Source: an uncultured Arenicella sp.
Lineage (GTDB): Bacteria; Pseudomonadota; Gammaproteobacteria; Arenicellales; Arenicellaceae
NCBI GenBank assembly: GCA_938048185.1
Contig: CALIVT010000011.1
Coordinates: forward strand, 42,882 to 106,881
Reading direction: 5' to 3'
Length of the DNA stretch: 64,000 nucleotides
This document shows positions 48,753-57,932 of the stretch, in pieces. The notes beneath the pieces are model-generated. The model made no database searches, was not told the DNA's origin, and saw nothing but the letters and a program-made list of their open reading frames with translations. The position numbers were made by a program, and so were the translations under genes. Numbering within the stretch: position 1 is the first letter of the stretch; the number at the start of each line of letters is the position of its first letter.

Positions 48753-49133
48753 ATGTCGATCAAATCATTTATTCTAAAAGCAGCTCGTAATGGACTCGGC
48801 TTAATCATTGTTTTTTTCGATTGGGTGTCACGACCAACACCCATTAAACGCAGCGCTGAGCAACAAAATAAAGTGCAAGAAGCCGTTTCCGGACTGTCTT
48901 TATACCAATTGTATGCATGCCCATTCTGCGTTAAGACTCGCCGAGCAATCCATCGACTTAACGTAGAGATTGATGCTCGTGACATCAATAAAAATGCAGA
49001 CTATCGAACCCAGTTAGAACAGGGTGGCGGTCGAATAAAAGTACCGTGCCTGAGGATCGAAAAGGACAATGAAATTCAGTGGATGTATGAATCCAATGAC
49101 ATCATTAAGTATCTAGAAGCCGCAACGGCCTAA
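48753..49133 (+). CDS. Glutaredoxin-family protein
   Basis: LYQLYACPFCVKTRR, GGRIKVPCLRI, WMYESNDII. Confidence 0.9.
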   Translation: MSIKSFILKAARNGLGLIIVFFDWVSRPTPIKRSAEQQNKVQEAVSGLSLYQLYACPFCVKTRRAIHRLNVEIDARDINKNADYRTQLEQGGGRIKVPCLRIEKDNEIQWMYESNDIIKYLEAATA

Positions 49134-49138
49134 GGACT

Positions 49139-50485
49139 TCACCGATTTTCACGATAGCTTTTTTCCAACACCTGGATAACCGCCGCACCCCGAATAAGCT
49201 TAGCTTTACTTGCGCCCACGCCATAGATAGCAATGGGTGTCGCCCAATCGCTGTCTATGCTTAGGTCTAATAGATCCTCAGCGGATAAGGTCATGCGCCC
49301 CATGCGCTCAGTCAGCGGTATGTTTGTGCCGCCAACGCCGTCGTAGGCCCGATATACCACTTCTGTGCAGACTAACTGATCCGAGCGAAAGAAATCAAAG
49401 TCAAAGTTATAACCTTTGCCCGCATGCGTCACGACCCTGGCAACCGCGTGCTGAATTTCAGCGTTCGTTAAGTTTGGGCGCAACACAACAAACCCGTCGA
49501 CACTTAGGGTCTCGTCTAGGGTGCGAAAACGCAGGCCATCTTTGAGCGCTTCAAAAGTAACTCTATCACCCGCCCAATACTGCAGGTAACCCGACATTTC
49601 GCTTAACTTACTCTGCTCTTCACGCCGCCCAACAAACAAGGCCGCGTGAGGCCAATAGCCGGGTAAAAACAAATTGGTTAATGCTTGTCGATGACGCGTT
49701 ATAAAGATGTCCCCGGGCTCTAATATTGAAACTAATTGCTGGCGAATTGCAGCGGTCACCCGTTTAGTACGCGGCAACTTTATTTCTGCGACGGCGCGGC
49801 CGCTGTACTCAAGCATTGCGAACAGAGACTTCTGACGCGCGGAGGCGCCGCGCCTGCGCCACGAATGACGGCGAGCAAGAAACCACGCACCGAGATAGCG
49901 CCGCCAACTTAAATCGATATACCGCTCCTGCTTGGGTATTTGCAAAAATAGGTCTTCGAGGTCGGGCTGCCCGCTGATGGCCTGACCAATACGAGTTCGA
50001 TTTTTTTTGAAGGTCCGGTGAGCTTCGTGAATGCGAGTCGCATTCATGGGTGAGAACAATGCTTTATAAACCGCGGTGTATTGCTTGCGCTCTACTCTTA
50101 GGCTCGGAATTGACTCGTTTAATTTTCGCTGAATGTCGCTATGCGACGCGACTTTGGTGACCAAAAAACGATCCATCCGAACAATCGAACAAATAGCTGA
50201 GTATGCCATTAGGAAATACTGCCAATCGGAGTCGTTAATGAGCTTGCGAGTACCGCCGGTCTGATCAATAGTGGTGTTTACGATATCCCACAAATTATTG
50301 CGAAGCGTTAAAAATCGAGCAAACCAATAGCCAATTTCTTCGTCTTCCGACGGGCTAAAAATACCTCTACTCGCTATCTCGCTTAACCGCTCACGGCTCA
50401 TCGCGTCGTCGAACAGCCTTGCCAGCGCTAGATTGAGAGAGTTGAGCGCTCGCAGCTCGAGTTCGATTACTATCCGAGAATCCAT
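49139..50485 (-). CDS. YiiX/YebB-like permuted NlpC/P60 cysteine hydrolase with a large N-terminal extension
   Basis: LEPGDIFI, GYWPHAALFVG, YNFDFDF, LVCTEVVYRAY (His before Cys indicates the permuted order). Confidence 0.85.
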   Translation of the reverse strand: MDSRIVIELELRALNSLNLALARLFDDAMSRERLSEIASRGIFSPSEDEEIGYWFARFLTLRNNLWDIVNTTIDQTGGTRKLINDSDWQYFLMAYSAICSIVRMDRFLVTKVASHSDIQRKLNESIPSLRVERKQYTAVYKALFSPMNATRIHEAHRTFKKNRTRIGQAISGQPDLEDLFLQIPKQERYIDLSWRRYLGAWFLARRHSWRRRGASARQKSLFAMLEYSGRAVAEIKLPRTKRVTAAIRQQLVSILEPGDIFITRHRQALTNLFLPGYWPHAALFVGRREEQSKLSEMSGYLQYWAGDRVTFEALKDGLRFRTLDETLSVDGFVVLRPNLTNAEIQHAVARVVTHAGKGYNFDFDFFRSDQLVCTEVVYRAYDGVGGTNIPLTERMGRMTLSAEDLLDLSIDSDWATPIAIYGVGASKAKLIRGAAVIQVLEKSYRENR

Positions 50486-50747
50486 TTATTGTTTTTGTAG
50501 CTCGCTTGGCACGTTAGTGACCACACCTTACCGTAAAGTCCGACGCGCTTGCCATACTCATTCATAAATAAATCAGGCATTGGAAATCGCGCACTTTTCG
50601 CCGAAAACATCCAAAAATATAAACCAAGAAAAACGTAAGGCACTAATATTAATCACTTTAATTTCATCTTATTCAAAAATTATAGCCTAGGAAGCGAGCC
50701 AAGATGATACTCCTTAAAATGCCCATTCATCTTATTTGGGAGTAAAT

Positions 50748-51713
50748 ATGGACAGCAGGAATTATTATAATCCGCGTATCGAAACGCGCTTTGGAAAAGT
50801 AACCACACCGCAAGCGAATGCCGTCGATGGGATTGTACGTTTAGACTGGGCAAAGCTCTTTTGGGTTGGCAGCATGCTCGTTTTCGGCATCATCGGCAGT
50901 GCCTTAACGGTGACGGCGGGCAGTATCGTGCTGTTCACGGTATTCACCGCAACGACTCTTTGTTTTGGCCACTCAGTTGGCATGCACCGGCGCTTCATTC
51001 ATCGAAGCTATCAATGCCCTAGATGGCTCGAAGTGCTGCTTGTGCACCTAGGCACGTTGATCGGACTCGCTGGCCCTTTAGGGATGCTGCGGACACACGA
51101 CTTGCGCGATTGGGCACAACGGCAAGCGGCATGTCACGACTATTTCTCGCACGCCAGTGTTTGGTATAAAGACGCCTATTGGCAATTGTTTTGCTCTATT
51201 AAGCTCAGTTGCCCACCCGACGTCACACCCGAACCCGAAATAACGAACGACCACGTATTTCATCTAATGGAAAAAACGTGGATGTGGCAGCAACTACCGT
51301 GGGCATTTTTATTCTTTTGCTTTGGAGGCTGGGCCTGGGTATTCTGGGGAATCTGCTCACGCGTGAGCGTCAGTATTCTTGGTCACTGGCTGATCGGCTA
51401 CTTCGCGCACAATCAAGGACAGCGCGACTGGCACGTAGACGGAGTTGCAGTTCAGGGCCATAACATACCTTGGACGGCCTTACTCACCATGGGCGAAAAT
51501 TGGCACAACAACCACCACGCTTTTCCTAACTCAGCCAAATTAGGCCTGGAAGCCGGGCAGTGGGACCCGGGTTGGTGGGCCCTAAAGGCATTGGAGAAGT
51601 GTGGTCTAGTCTCCGATCTGGCCTTACCCAGCATGGCCAATCTTAGACCAGAGCTACTTCGTCTTAGACACTCGAATACTGCAACCGAACAAATAGAAGG
51701 TGGTGAAAAGTAG
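50748..51713 (+). CDS. Membrane fatty-acid (acyl-CoA type) desaturase-like protein
   Basis: HRRFIH and WHNNHHAFP His boxes, GLEAGQWDPGWW, several TM segments. The middle box is atypical (THDLRD). Confidence 0.85.
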   Translation: MDSRNYYNPRIETRFGKVTTPQANAVDGIVRLDWAKLFWVGSMLVFGIIGSALTVTAGSIVLFTVFTATTLCFGHSVGMHRRFIHRSYQCPRWLEVLLVHLGTLIGLAGPLGMLRTHDLRDWAQRQAACHDYFSHASVWYKDAYWQLFCSIKLSCPPDVTPEPEITNDHVFHLMEKTWMWQQLPWAFLFFCFGGWAWVFWGICSRVSVSILGHWLIGYFAHNQGQRDWHVDGVAVQGHNIPWTALLTMGENWHNNHHAFPNSAKLGLEAGQWDPGWWALKALEKCGLVSDLALPSMANLRPELLRLRHSNTATEQIEGGEK

Positions 51714-51718
51714 GCGCG

Positions 51719-52807
51719 CTAAACGAAATAACGGGACGCAATTTCATTCGCAGCGGCCCGACTACGTTGATCGCCAGCATCGATCAAGTCGGCGTAAGTT
51801 ATTAATGGATGCGTAACTTGCGGACAAATATTTTTGTGCTCGGCCTTACCCCAAAATTTAGAAAACACATTTACTTTGGGTGCTGACTCGTCCATTCCAC
51901 GGTCTGCTTTGATAAAACGCATAGCGCGAATAAACTTCCATTGTTGCTGATCGCCAAGGTAGATTGACCCGGTTTCAGCTTGTTCAGACTCAATGTAACT
52001 GGCCGCCGCGAATTCGCCACCCAAGTGAACGTCATATTTGCTAAATTCACTGGATCGCCACCAATCTTTATCAGCCGTGTAGTACGGCCCCAAATATAGG
52101 CGCTTTTTTAACGTCGGGTATTGCTCTACCCATCGGCCGATCAACCGATGCCGGGCCCGCCACTCGCGCACCTTGGTGCGATTAGATTCAACAAAGTACC
52201 CGTTATCTTTTAAGTCTCTAAAGACGGTTCCACAAACGCCAAGGGCAACATTAGCGTATTCCGAAACGACGCGATAATTTTCGTTTAATAGACCTGGGTT
52301 CGCTAACAAGGCAAAAATGATTTGTAAATCAATCGGACTAAACGGTTTGGCCGGGCGGCTCAAGGCAATACCATCAGCGTGTGGCTGAGCATCGATAAAA
52401 ACAAACAACGGAGAAAGCTTTAAATAGGCGTTGCCACCGGCATCCAGATAATTTACGTTTAAGTCCCGCAAAAGCTTAGCCGAATCACCGTCAATTCGAT
52501 CAGCAATAAGGAGCGGAGTACGCCCCTCCGCCGCTGCCTGCAATTGCTTGACCATTGGCAAAAGAGTGTCTATATGAATTCCGTTCTTGATCTCACTAAT
52601 CAATTCTATTTGAGTACCTGCGAGACGAAACTTCATGTCCGGCCACAGGCCGGTACCGAGCACTGAGTTTACTTCGACTGTCTCTAAAGTTAATCCGGTG
52701 TGCGCGTGTAATGTTTCAATCGCTTTAGATGCGATTTTCTCTTCTAAGGACGCTATTGGTTTCATAGGCGCAATGATCTTAGTTTTTGCACGCAGATCCG
52801 CGAACAT
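51719..52807 (-). CDS. Type IV toxin-antitoxin AbiEi-family antitoxin-like protein
   Basis: NYLDAGGNAYL, HTH segment (ANVALGVCGTVFRDLKDNGYF), LIGRWVEQY, LGGEFAA, HPLITYADLIDAGDQR. Confidence 0.75.
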   Translation of the reverse strand: MFADLRAKTKIIAPMKPIASLEEKIASKAIETLHAHTGLTLETVEVNSVLGTGLWPDMKFRLAGTQIELISEIKNGIHIDTLLPMVKQLQAAAEGRTPLLIADRIDGDSAKLLRDLNVNYLDAGGNAYLKLSPLFVFIDAQPHADGIALSRPAKPFSPIDLQIIFALLANPGLLNENYRVVSEYANVALGVCGTVFRDLKDNGYFVESNRTKVREWRARHRLIGRWVEQYPTLKKRLYLGPYYTADKDWWRSSEFSKYDVHLGGEFAAASYIESEQAETGSIYLGDQQQWKFIRAMRFIKADRGMDESAPKVNVFSKFWGKAEHKNICPQVTHPLITYADLIDAGDQRSRAAANEIASRYFV

Positions 52808-52919
52808 GAACTTTATTTTAGAAGCGCTAAGCCTGACTAATGTCGACTAGACCCGCTAGCATGCCTGGTTAATGCAGTTAAAACCCAATCTATAAGTGCG
52901 TTGTTGGGGTGCTGAAAAC

Positions 52920-52948
52920 AAAAAAAGCCGCAGCACACGTGCTACGGC
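52920..52948 (-). terminator. Intrinsic terminator for the 53090-53416 transcript
   Basis: Minus strand GCCGTAGCAC-GT-GTGCTGCGGC (one G-U pair) followed by T7. Confidence 0.8.
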
Positions 52949-53004
52949 CCTTCCCGGGAACTTAACCCCTACCCCTACTTAACTACCCAACTCTTACTAC
53001 TTAC

Positions 53005-53036
53005 CTACGTTGTAACTGCTCTACGTTGTAACTGCC
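53005..53036. repeat. Two-copy 16-bp tandem repeat in an intergenic trailer
   Basis: CTACGTTGTAACTGC at 53005 and 53021. Confidence 0.9.
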
Positions 53037-53089
53037 TCATCCTTGAGAAAAGCTACCAATTTGCTCGATGCGCCTAAATTTGAGATAGC

Positions 53090-53416
53090 CTAGTGCATAT
53101 AACAATTCACCGGTAACAGGTCCATAAAATCATCTTCTGATAATTGCGTGTACCCATTTGCCGCATTCTTGTTTAATGCGTCGGCTTCTTCCGCCGCTTG
53201 CGCTGAATCGCTTAATTGAGGCCCCCACGCGCCACCAACTTCGTCGATTATTTCTAATACCACTTCGCGAGAACGTCTGTTATCGGACTCGCTATAAATG
53301 TCGATCAGATGCTTGAGTGAGAGGCCATTACTGCCTAATACTTTTTTAGCACTGCTTGGCGTCTCTAATTCACTTAGCTCAATTACTAAATCACTGATGC
53401 TTTCTGTTATCTTCAT
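53090..53416 (-). CDS. Hypothetical acidic protein, 108 aa
   Basis: Clean ORF with ATG, protein-like composition and a downstream terminator; ends LSEDDFMDLLPVNCYMH. Confidence 0.75.
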   Translation of the reverse strand: MKITESISDLVIELSELETPSSAKKVLGSNGLSLKHLIDIYSESDNRRSREVVLEIIDEVGGAWGPQLSDSAQAAEEADALNKNAANGYTQLSEDDFMDLLPVNCYMH

Positions 53417-53972
53417 TTTAGTACCGAAATCGTCCTGTAGTGAAATTATCTAAGTAAATAGGTTGCCGCTTTTCTGATGTAGTAACTGTATCTACTTCAA
53501 GGCGCTATCACTATTGGCAAACGTCGCGACTTTCTCAGACCATCTCTCAGGAACGTACTACTTTAGTCTGATGAGTATCACGCGCGTGACAAAACGTTGA
53601 GTCAAGTAGTCATAGGTCGCGCAAAAGCGAGCTCTTAGCTCGAAAGGCAGGATTTATAAGGCATTAGGACGATGCGGCTGGCAGCTAACCAGAGACCAAG
53701 GCAATATTTAAATAAAATAAAATTACAAACGTCAGCCAAAAGGTCTGAATTTAACTTATTGTCTAGTTACTAAGTCAACTAAGATCGTAACAAAATTTGA
53801 CAAAAATCCAGTAAATTCCGAGGCTTACGCAGTGTGCACAATCAAGAAACTGGCTGTTTTCAGTTCCTCAACGACGCACAATATCCGTCAAATTGACCAA
53901 AACCCCACTCCGATTCGCTTATCAATCTAATAACGATTTAATATTGCGGCTGCATTAGGTTTGAAATAAACG

Positions 53973-54926
53973 TTACAGCCAATCCTCTTCATCATTCTCC
54001 TTTTGGCGCATCATGGGCGCCCCAACGGTTCGAGCGTTGCGCGTGTTGATATTGGCCTGAACCTTTGAAACCGCTCGCTCGCGCAAAATAATCGCGACGC
54101 CCGACATAACCGTTATTAGCGAGCCAACAACAACCCAACGGTCAATCGACTCGCCAAAAAATAGATACCCGAAAAGAATCGCCCAAATTATTTGGCTGTA
54201 TTGCATTGGCGCGACATACGCTGCAGGCGCATTTCGAAAACCATTCAACACCGAATACTGCCCAAGCAAGCCCAGTGCACCCACTAAGAACATCAACCCC
54301 AAGTCTTTTAAAGGCATAGGTTGATACACAAAATACAACGCACTGCCTGATACTAGGATCATCGCCAACAAAGGAAATAGAATCATTGTTGCCATATTTT
54401 CGGTCGCCCCGATTTTGCGTGAGATGACTGCCGAACCGGCGCCACAAACCGCGGCAAAAAGTGCGGATACATGACCCAATTGAACGGTCTCTACCGACGG
54501 CCTTAACACCACTAACACGCCAACTAAGCCAAAGAAAATTGCCAACCAGCGATATAGAGCGATCTGCTCATCTAAAAACCAAACTGCAAAAACAGAAATC
54601 AACAACGGCGTACAAAATAACAACACATAGGCTTCGACCATAGGCAACGTAGAGAACGCGTAAAAGCTCGCGCATAAACTCGCGACGTGCAAAAACGCTC
54701 GCAAAGTTAATAATGCGGGGTTGGTCGGCGACATAGATTGTGGTTTATTTTCAATAATCCGCGCGATTGAAAATGGCACATAACTGAACAGCATCGCGAA
54801 AAACACAATTTGAAAAACATGGTAGTCCTTTAAAGACTTAACCACCGCGTCGTGCGTCGAGTAAATCGCAAAACCGAACAAGGCAAATGCAAGACCAACG
54901 GACATCGAATTTTTTTGATTGGGCAT
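53973..54926 (-). CDS. DMT/EamA family transporter
   Basis: Ten TM helices in two repeats; FYAFSTLPMVEA, RWLAIFFGLVGVLVVLRP, PMQYSQIIWA. Confidence 0.93.
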   Translation of the reverse strand: MPNQKNSMSVGLAFALFGFAIYSTHDAVVKSLKDYHVFQIVFFAMLFSYVPFSIARIIENKPQSMSPTNPALLTLRAFLHVASLCASFYAFSTLPMVEAYVLLFCTPLLISVFAVWFLDEQIALYRWLAIFFGLVGVLVVLRPSVETVQLGHVSALFAAVCGAGSAVISRKIGATENMATMILFPLLAMILVSGSALYFVYQPMPLKDLGLMFLVGALGLLGQYSVLNGFRNAPAAYVAPMQYSQIIWAILFGYLFFGESIDRWVVVGSLITVMSGVAIILRERAVSKVQANINTRNARTVGAPMMRQKENDEEDWL

Positions 54927-54989
54927 AATAAAAAGTGATTAGTTAGGCCTAAGCCCGGTAGAGATTTGCCGAATGTTAAACCGTCAACC

Positions 54990-55904
54990 TTAGGCGATTA
55001 TCCACGCGATCAGTGGCAGTGAAAAAAACGAGAAAACAGTGCTGTACCCGAGCAAGGTTGCGACAAAACGAGGCGCTATCCCCGCTTGAATAGCCATTAG
55101 ACCGGGAGTAATCATACACGGCATTGCGGCTTCAAAAATACTGGCAATGCGCACTTCTTCGTTTCCTCCCACCGCAAATAAAATCGCGCTGGCAAGCACC
55201 GGCGCTACAACCATCTTTAAGACGATAGCGCTGGCGATCGGTATTCTATGTTGTGGCAAAAGTTGCGGTTGAAACTGAACGCCTAAAACGAACAGTGCGG
55301 CTGGCATCAACAACGCAGCAAGCCATTCAAAGCCGATTTGTGCAAGGTTCATAACGCTATCCAACGGCAGAAATAATGCGACCATCAGGGCAATAAAAGG
55401 CGGGAAGGTAAAGATTTTTCGGAATACATCTAAAACTCGAAAATTGCGCTCGCCATGGTGCTTAGAAGGCGAATAAATCGCTATCACAACCAACCCAAAG
55501 GTACTCAAAATCATGAAACCGCCAAGCTGGTCAAAAAAAATGGCGTAGGCGAGCACCGCATCGTCAAAAAACGCGAGGACCATTGGGAACCCTAAAAAAG
55601 AAGTGTTGCCCATTGTTACTAGCAGCAACATCACGCCTTCTATGGCCCTCGGCCAACGCAATATGCGCGATACAAGCATTACCAGCGCTGCACCTGCAAA
55701 CAACCAAGCCCACGCTACGCCAGCCGGAATAATCACCTCAGAAGAGAAAGCAAGCTGCGGTACTTTTAGTAGAATCAACGACGGCATGGCGGCGTAAACA
55801 ATGAAATTATTCAGCCATTTAGCCAGTTTAGGCGGGTCGTTAATAAAGCGTCTCGCTATAAAGCCGAGCAGAAACAGACCAACGATCGGAAGAATGATAA
55901 GCAC
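54990..55904 (-). CDS. AEC (auxin efflux carrier) family transporter
   Basis: MGNTSFLGFP, LFVLG, LKMVVAP, EAAMP. Start GTG 55904 or TTG 55931. Confidence 0.9.
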   Translation of the reverse strand: MLIILPIVGLFLLGFIARRFINDPPKLAKWLNNFIVYAAMPSLILLKVPQLAFSSEVIIPAGVAWAWLFAGAALVMLVSRILRWPRAIEGVMLLLVTMGNTSFLGFPMVLAFFDDAVLAYAIFFDQLGGFMILSTFGLVVIAIYSPSKHHGERNFRVLDVFRKIFTFPPFIALMVALFLPLDSVMNLAQIGFEWLAALLMPAALFVLGVQFQPQLLPQHRIPIASAIVLKMVVAPVLASAILFAVGGNEEVRIASIFEAAMPCMITPGLMAIQAGIAPRFVATLLGYSTVFSFFSLPLIAWIIA

Positions 55905-56097
55905 GAGATAACGCCTTGCGAAGGATGTCAAACAAGAAGCTCAAGCATGGCATAAAAGCGCATGCTTTAAACAGTCATATTTCCGCGAAGGTGACCTAGG
56001 GGCGCGAGTACAAGTTTAAATAGTTCATTAACCCAACGGGGCGAAACACACAAAAATATCTAAGCGGTAATGGCTCACGGTTATCTAATGTAATTGC

Positions 56098-57852
56098 CTA
56101 CTGTTGCTCTAGCCACTCGTCCATCAGCGTTTCAAGTATCGATAACGGCAAAGCACCGTTCTCTAATATGGCATCGTGAAAGGCTCGTACATCAAATCGT
56201 GAACCAAGTTTGGCCTGCGCTTTAGCGCGCAATTCACGAATTTTAAGTTCGCCAGTTTTGTACGCTAAGGCTTGCCCTGGCCAGGAGATATAACGATCTA
56301 CCTCGGAGGTAATGTTGTTCATCGACAAACCGGAGTTCGCGGCCATATAGTCGATGGCTTTTTGTCGCGTCCAGCCTTTACTGTGTAAGCCAGTATCAAC
56401 AACTAAACGACAGGCTCGCCACATTTCGTAAGACAAACGGCCAAAATTTGTATACGGGGTTTGATAAAAACCAACCTCTAACCCCAAGCGCTCTGAATAC
56501 AAACCCCATCCTTCAATGAATACCGTTTGCCCTCCATACTTTCTAAAGTTTGGCAGATCTAACTCTTGCGCTAGCGCGATTTGCAAATGGTGACCCGGCA
56601 CCGCTTCATGCAAAGACAACGCTTCTAACTGATACAAAGGCCGCGTATTCAACAAAGTGGTATTAACAAAATAGGTGCCTGCACGCGAGCCGTCGCCTGC
56701 GGGTGGCCGATAGTAAGCGGTAGTGGTCTTCTCAGCGATATCGAGGGGAATTTCCTTTAAGCCGTAAGGCATACGCGGTAACTTGCCAAATAGTTTAGGC
56801 AGCTCGCCGTCCATCTTTTTCGAAATTGCCGCCACGACTTGCATGCGCTCTTCGGCTGTCTTCGGATAAAATTCTGGGGTATCGCGCAAATATACAAGCC
56901 AGTCCTCAAAACTGCCTTCGAACTTGGCTTGGCTAATCACCTCTAGCATCTCAGCCTTGATTCTAGCCACCTCGGAAAGACCGACCTTATGTACTTGATC
57001 GGCGCTCACCTCAGTAGTGGTATAGAAACGCACTAAATAATCGTAGTAGTCAGCGCCACCTGAGATGGCATCGATTCCAACCTTAGTGCGACACACCGGC
57101 GCGTACTCATTCAAATAGAATGTTTTAAATTTCTTAAGGGCGGGTATTATCTGCTCTGATACAACCTTAGCGGCATTGGCCTTAGCTGAGATAAAATCGG
57201 CTTCGTTAACGACCGCCGGGCGCTGCTCGAACGGCGCCATAAACACACTATTATTCACGTCGGCAACTAGGTGTGTCTCGATCGATTGTTCAAAGCCTTG
57301 CATCGGCGCACACGCTTGCACCCAACCTTGCTTCAAACCAGTGCGAATTCGCTCGGTAGCGCTCCCTATGTACGGTGCCATTTGCCCCAGTCGCGCAAGG
57401 TAGCTCTGGTAATCTTCGAGTGTGAAAAACGGTAACTGGTCAGGCAAGCTGGTTAGATCTAAGTGCGGCCCAGAGCGATTATTCATAATCAAATACTTGC
57501 CTCCGTAGGTCGATGCTTCGATCTCATTTTTCAAATCAAGGCTAAGCAATGCGTGATTTAACCGATTAGCCTGACTTAAACTTTGCACATCAATTGCGTT
57601 TAGCTGTCCGACAAATTTCTTTGCGCTTGCAACCGCGGCGTCATAGGCGGCGAGTGATGGGTCACTTAAAATATCATCATAGTCACGCACGCCTAAGCTG
57701 GTTGCGAAGACCGGGCTTTGTTGTAATTTAGTTTGCCAATGAGCCTCGAGTATTGCCTCGAATCGGGTGTCGATTTCAGCCGCAATAATTGCGCTACAGA
57801 AAAGCAGTGAACCAAGTGCGGCGAAGGCCAGTAACGGTGAGATTTTTTTCAT
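56098..57852 (-). CDS. DUF885 family secreted protein (probable metallopeptidase)
   Basis: Signal peptide, HKVGLSEV, TTAYY, LHEAVPGHHLQ, FIEGWGLYSE, RLVVDTGLH, EVDRYISWPGQALAYK. Confidence 0.93.
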   Translation of the reverse strand: MKKISPLLAFAALGSLLFCSAIIAAEIDTRFEAILEAHWQTKLQQSPVFATSLGVRDYDDILSDPSLAAYDAAVASAKKFVGQLNAIDVQSLSQANRLNHALLSLDLKNEIEASTYGGKYLIMNNRSGPHLDLTSLPDQLPFFTLEDYQSYLARLGQMAPYIGSATERIRTGLKQGWVQACAPMQGFEQSIETHLVADVNNSVFMAPFEQRPAVVNEADFISAKANAAKVVSEQIIPALKKFKTFYLNEYAPVCRTKVGIDAISGGADYYDYLVRFYTTTEVSADQVHKVGLSEVARIKAEMLEVISQAKFEGSFEDWLVYLRDTPEFYPKTAEERMQVVAAISKKMDGELPKLFGKLPRMPYGLKEIPLDIAEKTTTAYYRPPAGDGSRAGTYFVNTTLLNTRPLYQLEALSLHEAVPGHHLQIALAQELDLPNFRKYGGQTVFIEGWGLYSERLGLEVGFYQTPYTNFGRLSYEMWRACRLVVDTGLHSKGWTRQKAIDYMAANSGLSMNNITSEVDRYISWPGQALAYKTGELKIRELRAKAQAKLGSRFDVRAFHDAILENGALPLSILETLMDEWLEQQ

Positions 57853-57932
57853 AACAAAATCTGTTTGCAATAGTTAGGTTTATCATTACTGGGCTTAGTA
57901 TAGTGCAAACAAATAAACGAATCGCGAACAAT

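Noticed and set aside
53530-53560. Glycine or TPP riboswitch fragments (CTCTCAGG / CTGAGA)
   Set aside because: Only isolated short words match. The remaining conserved elements are absent, and the CTCTCAGG orientation has no downstream gene.
53561-53610. Hammerhead-ribozyme-like string (CTGATGAG...stem...AAAAC...GTC with flanking ACTACTT/AAGTAGT)
   Set aside because: The essential GAAA is AAAA (catalytic G12 missing), stem III is only about 1 bp and stem I is offset by 4 nt. Most likely chance.
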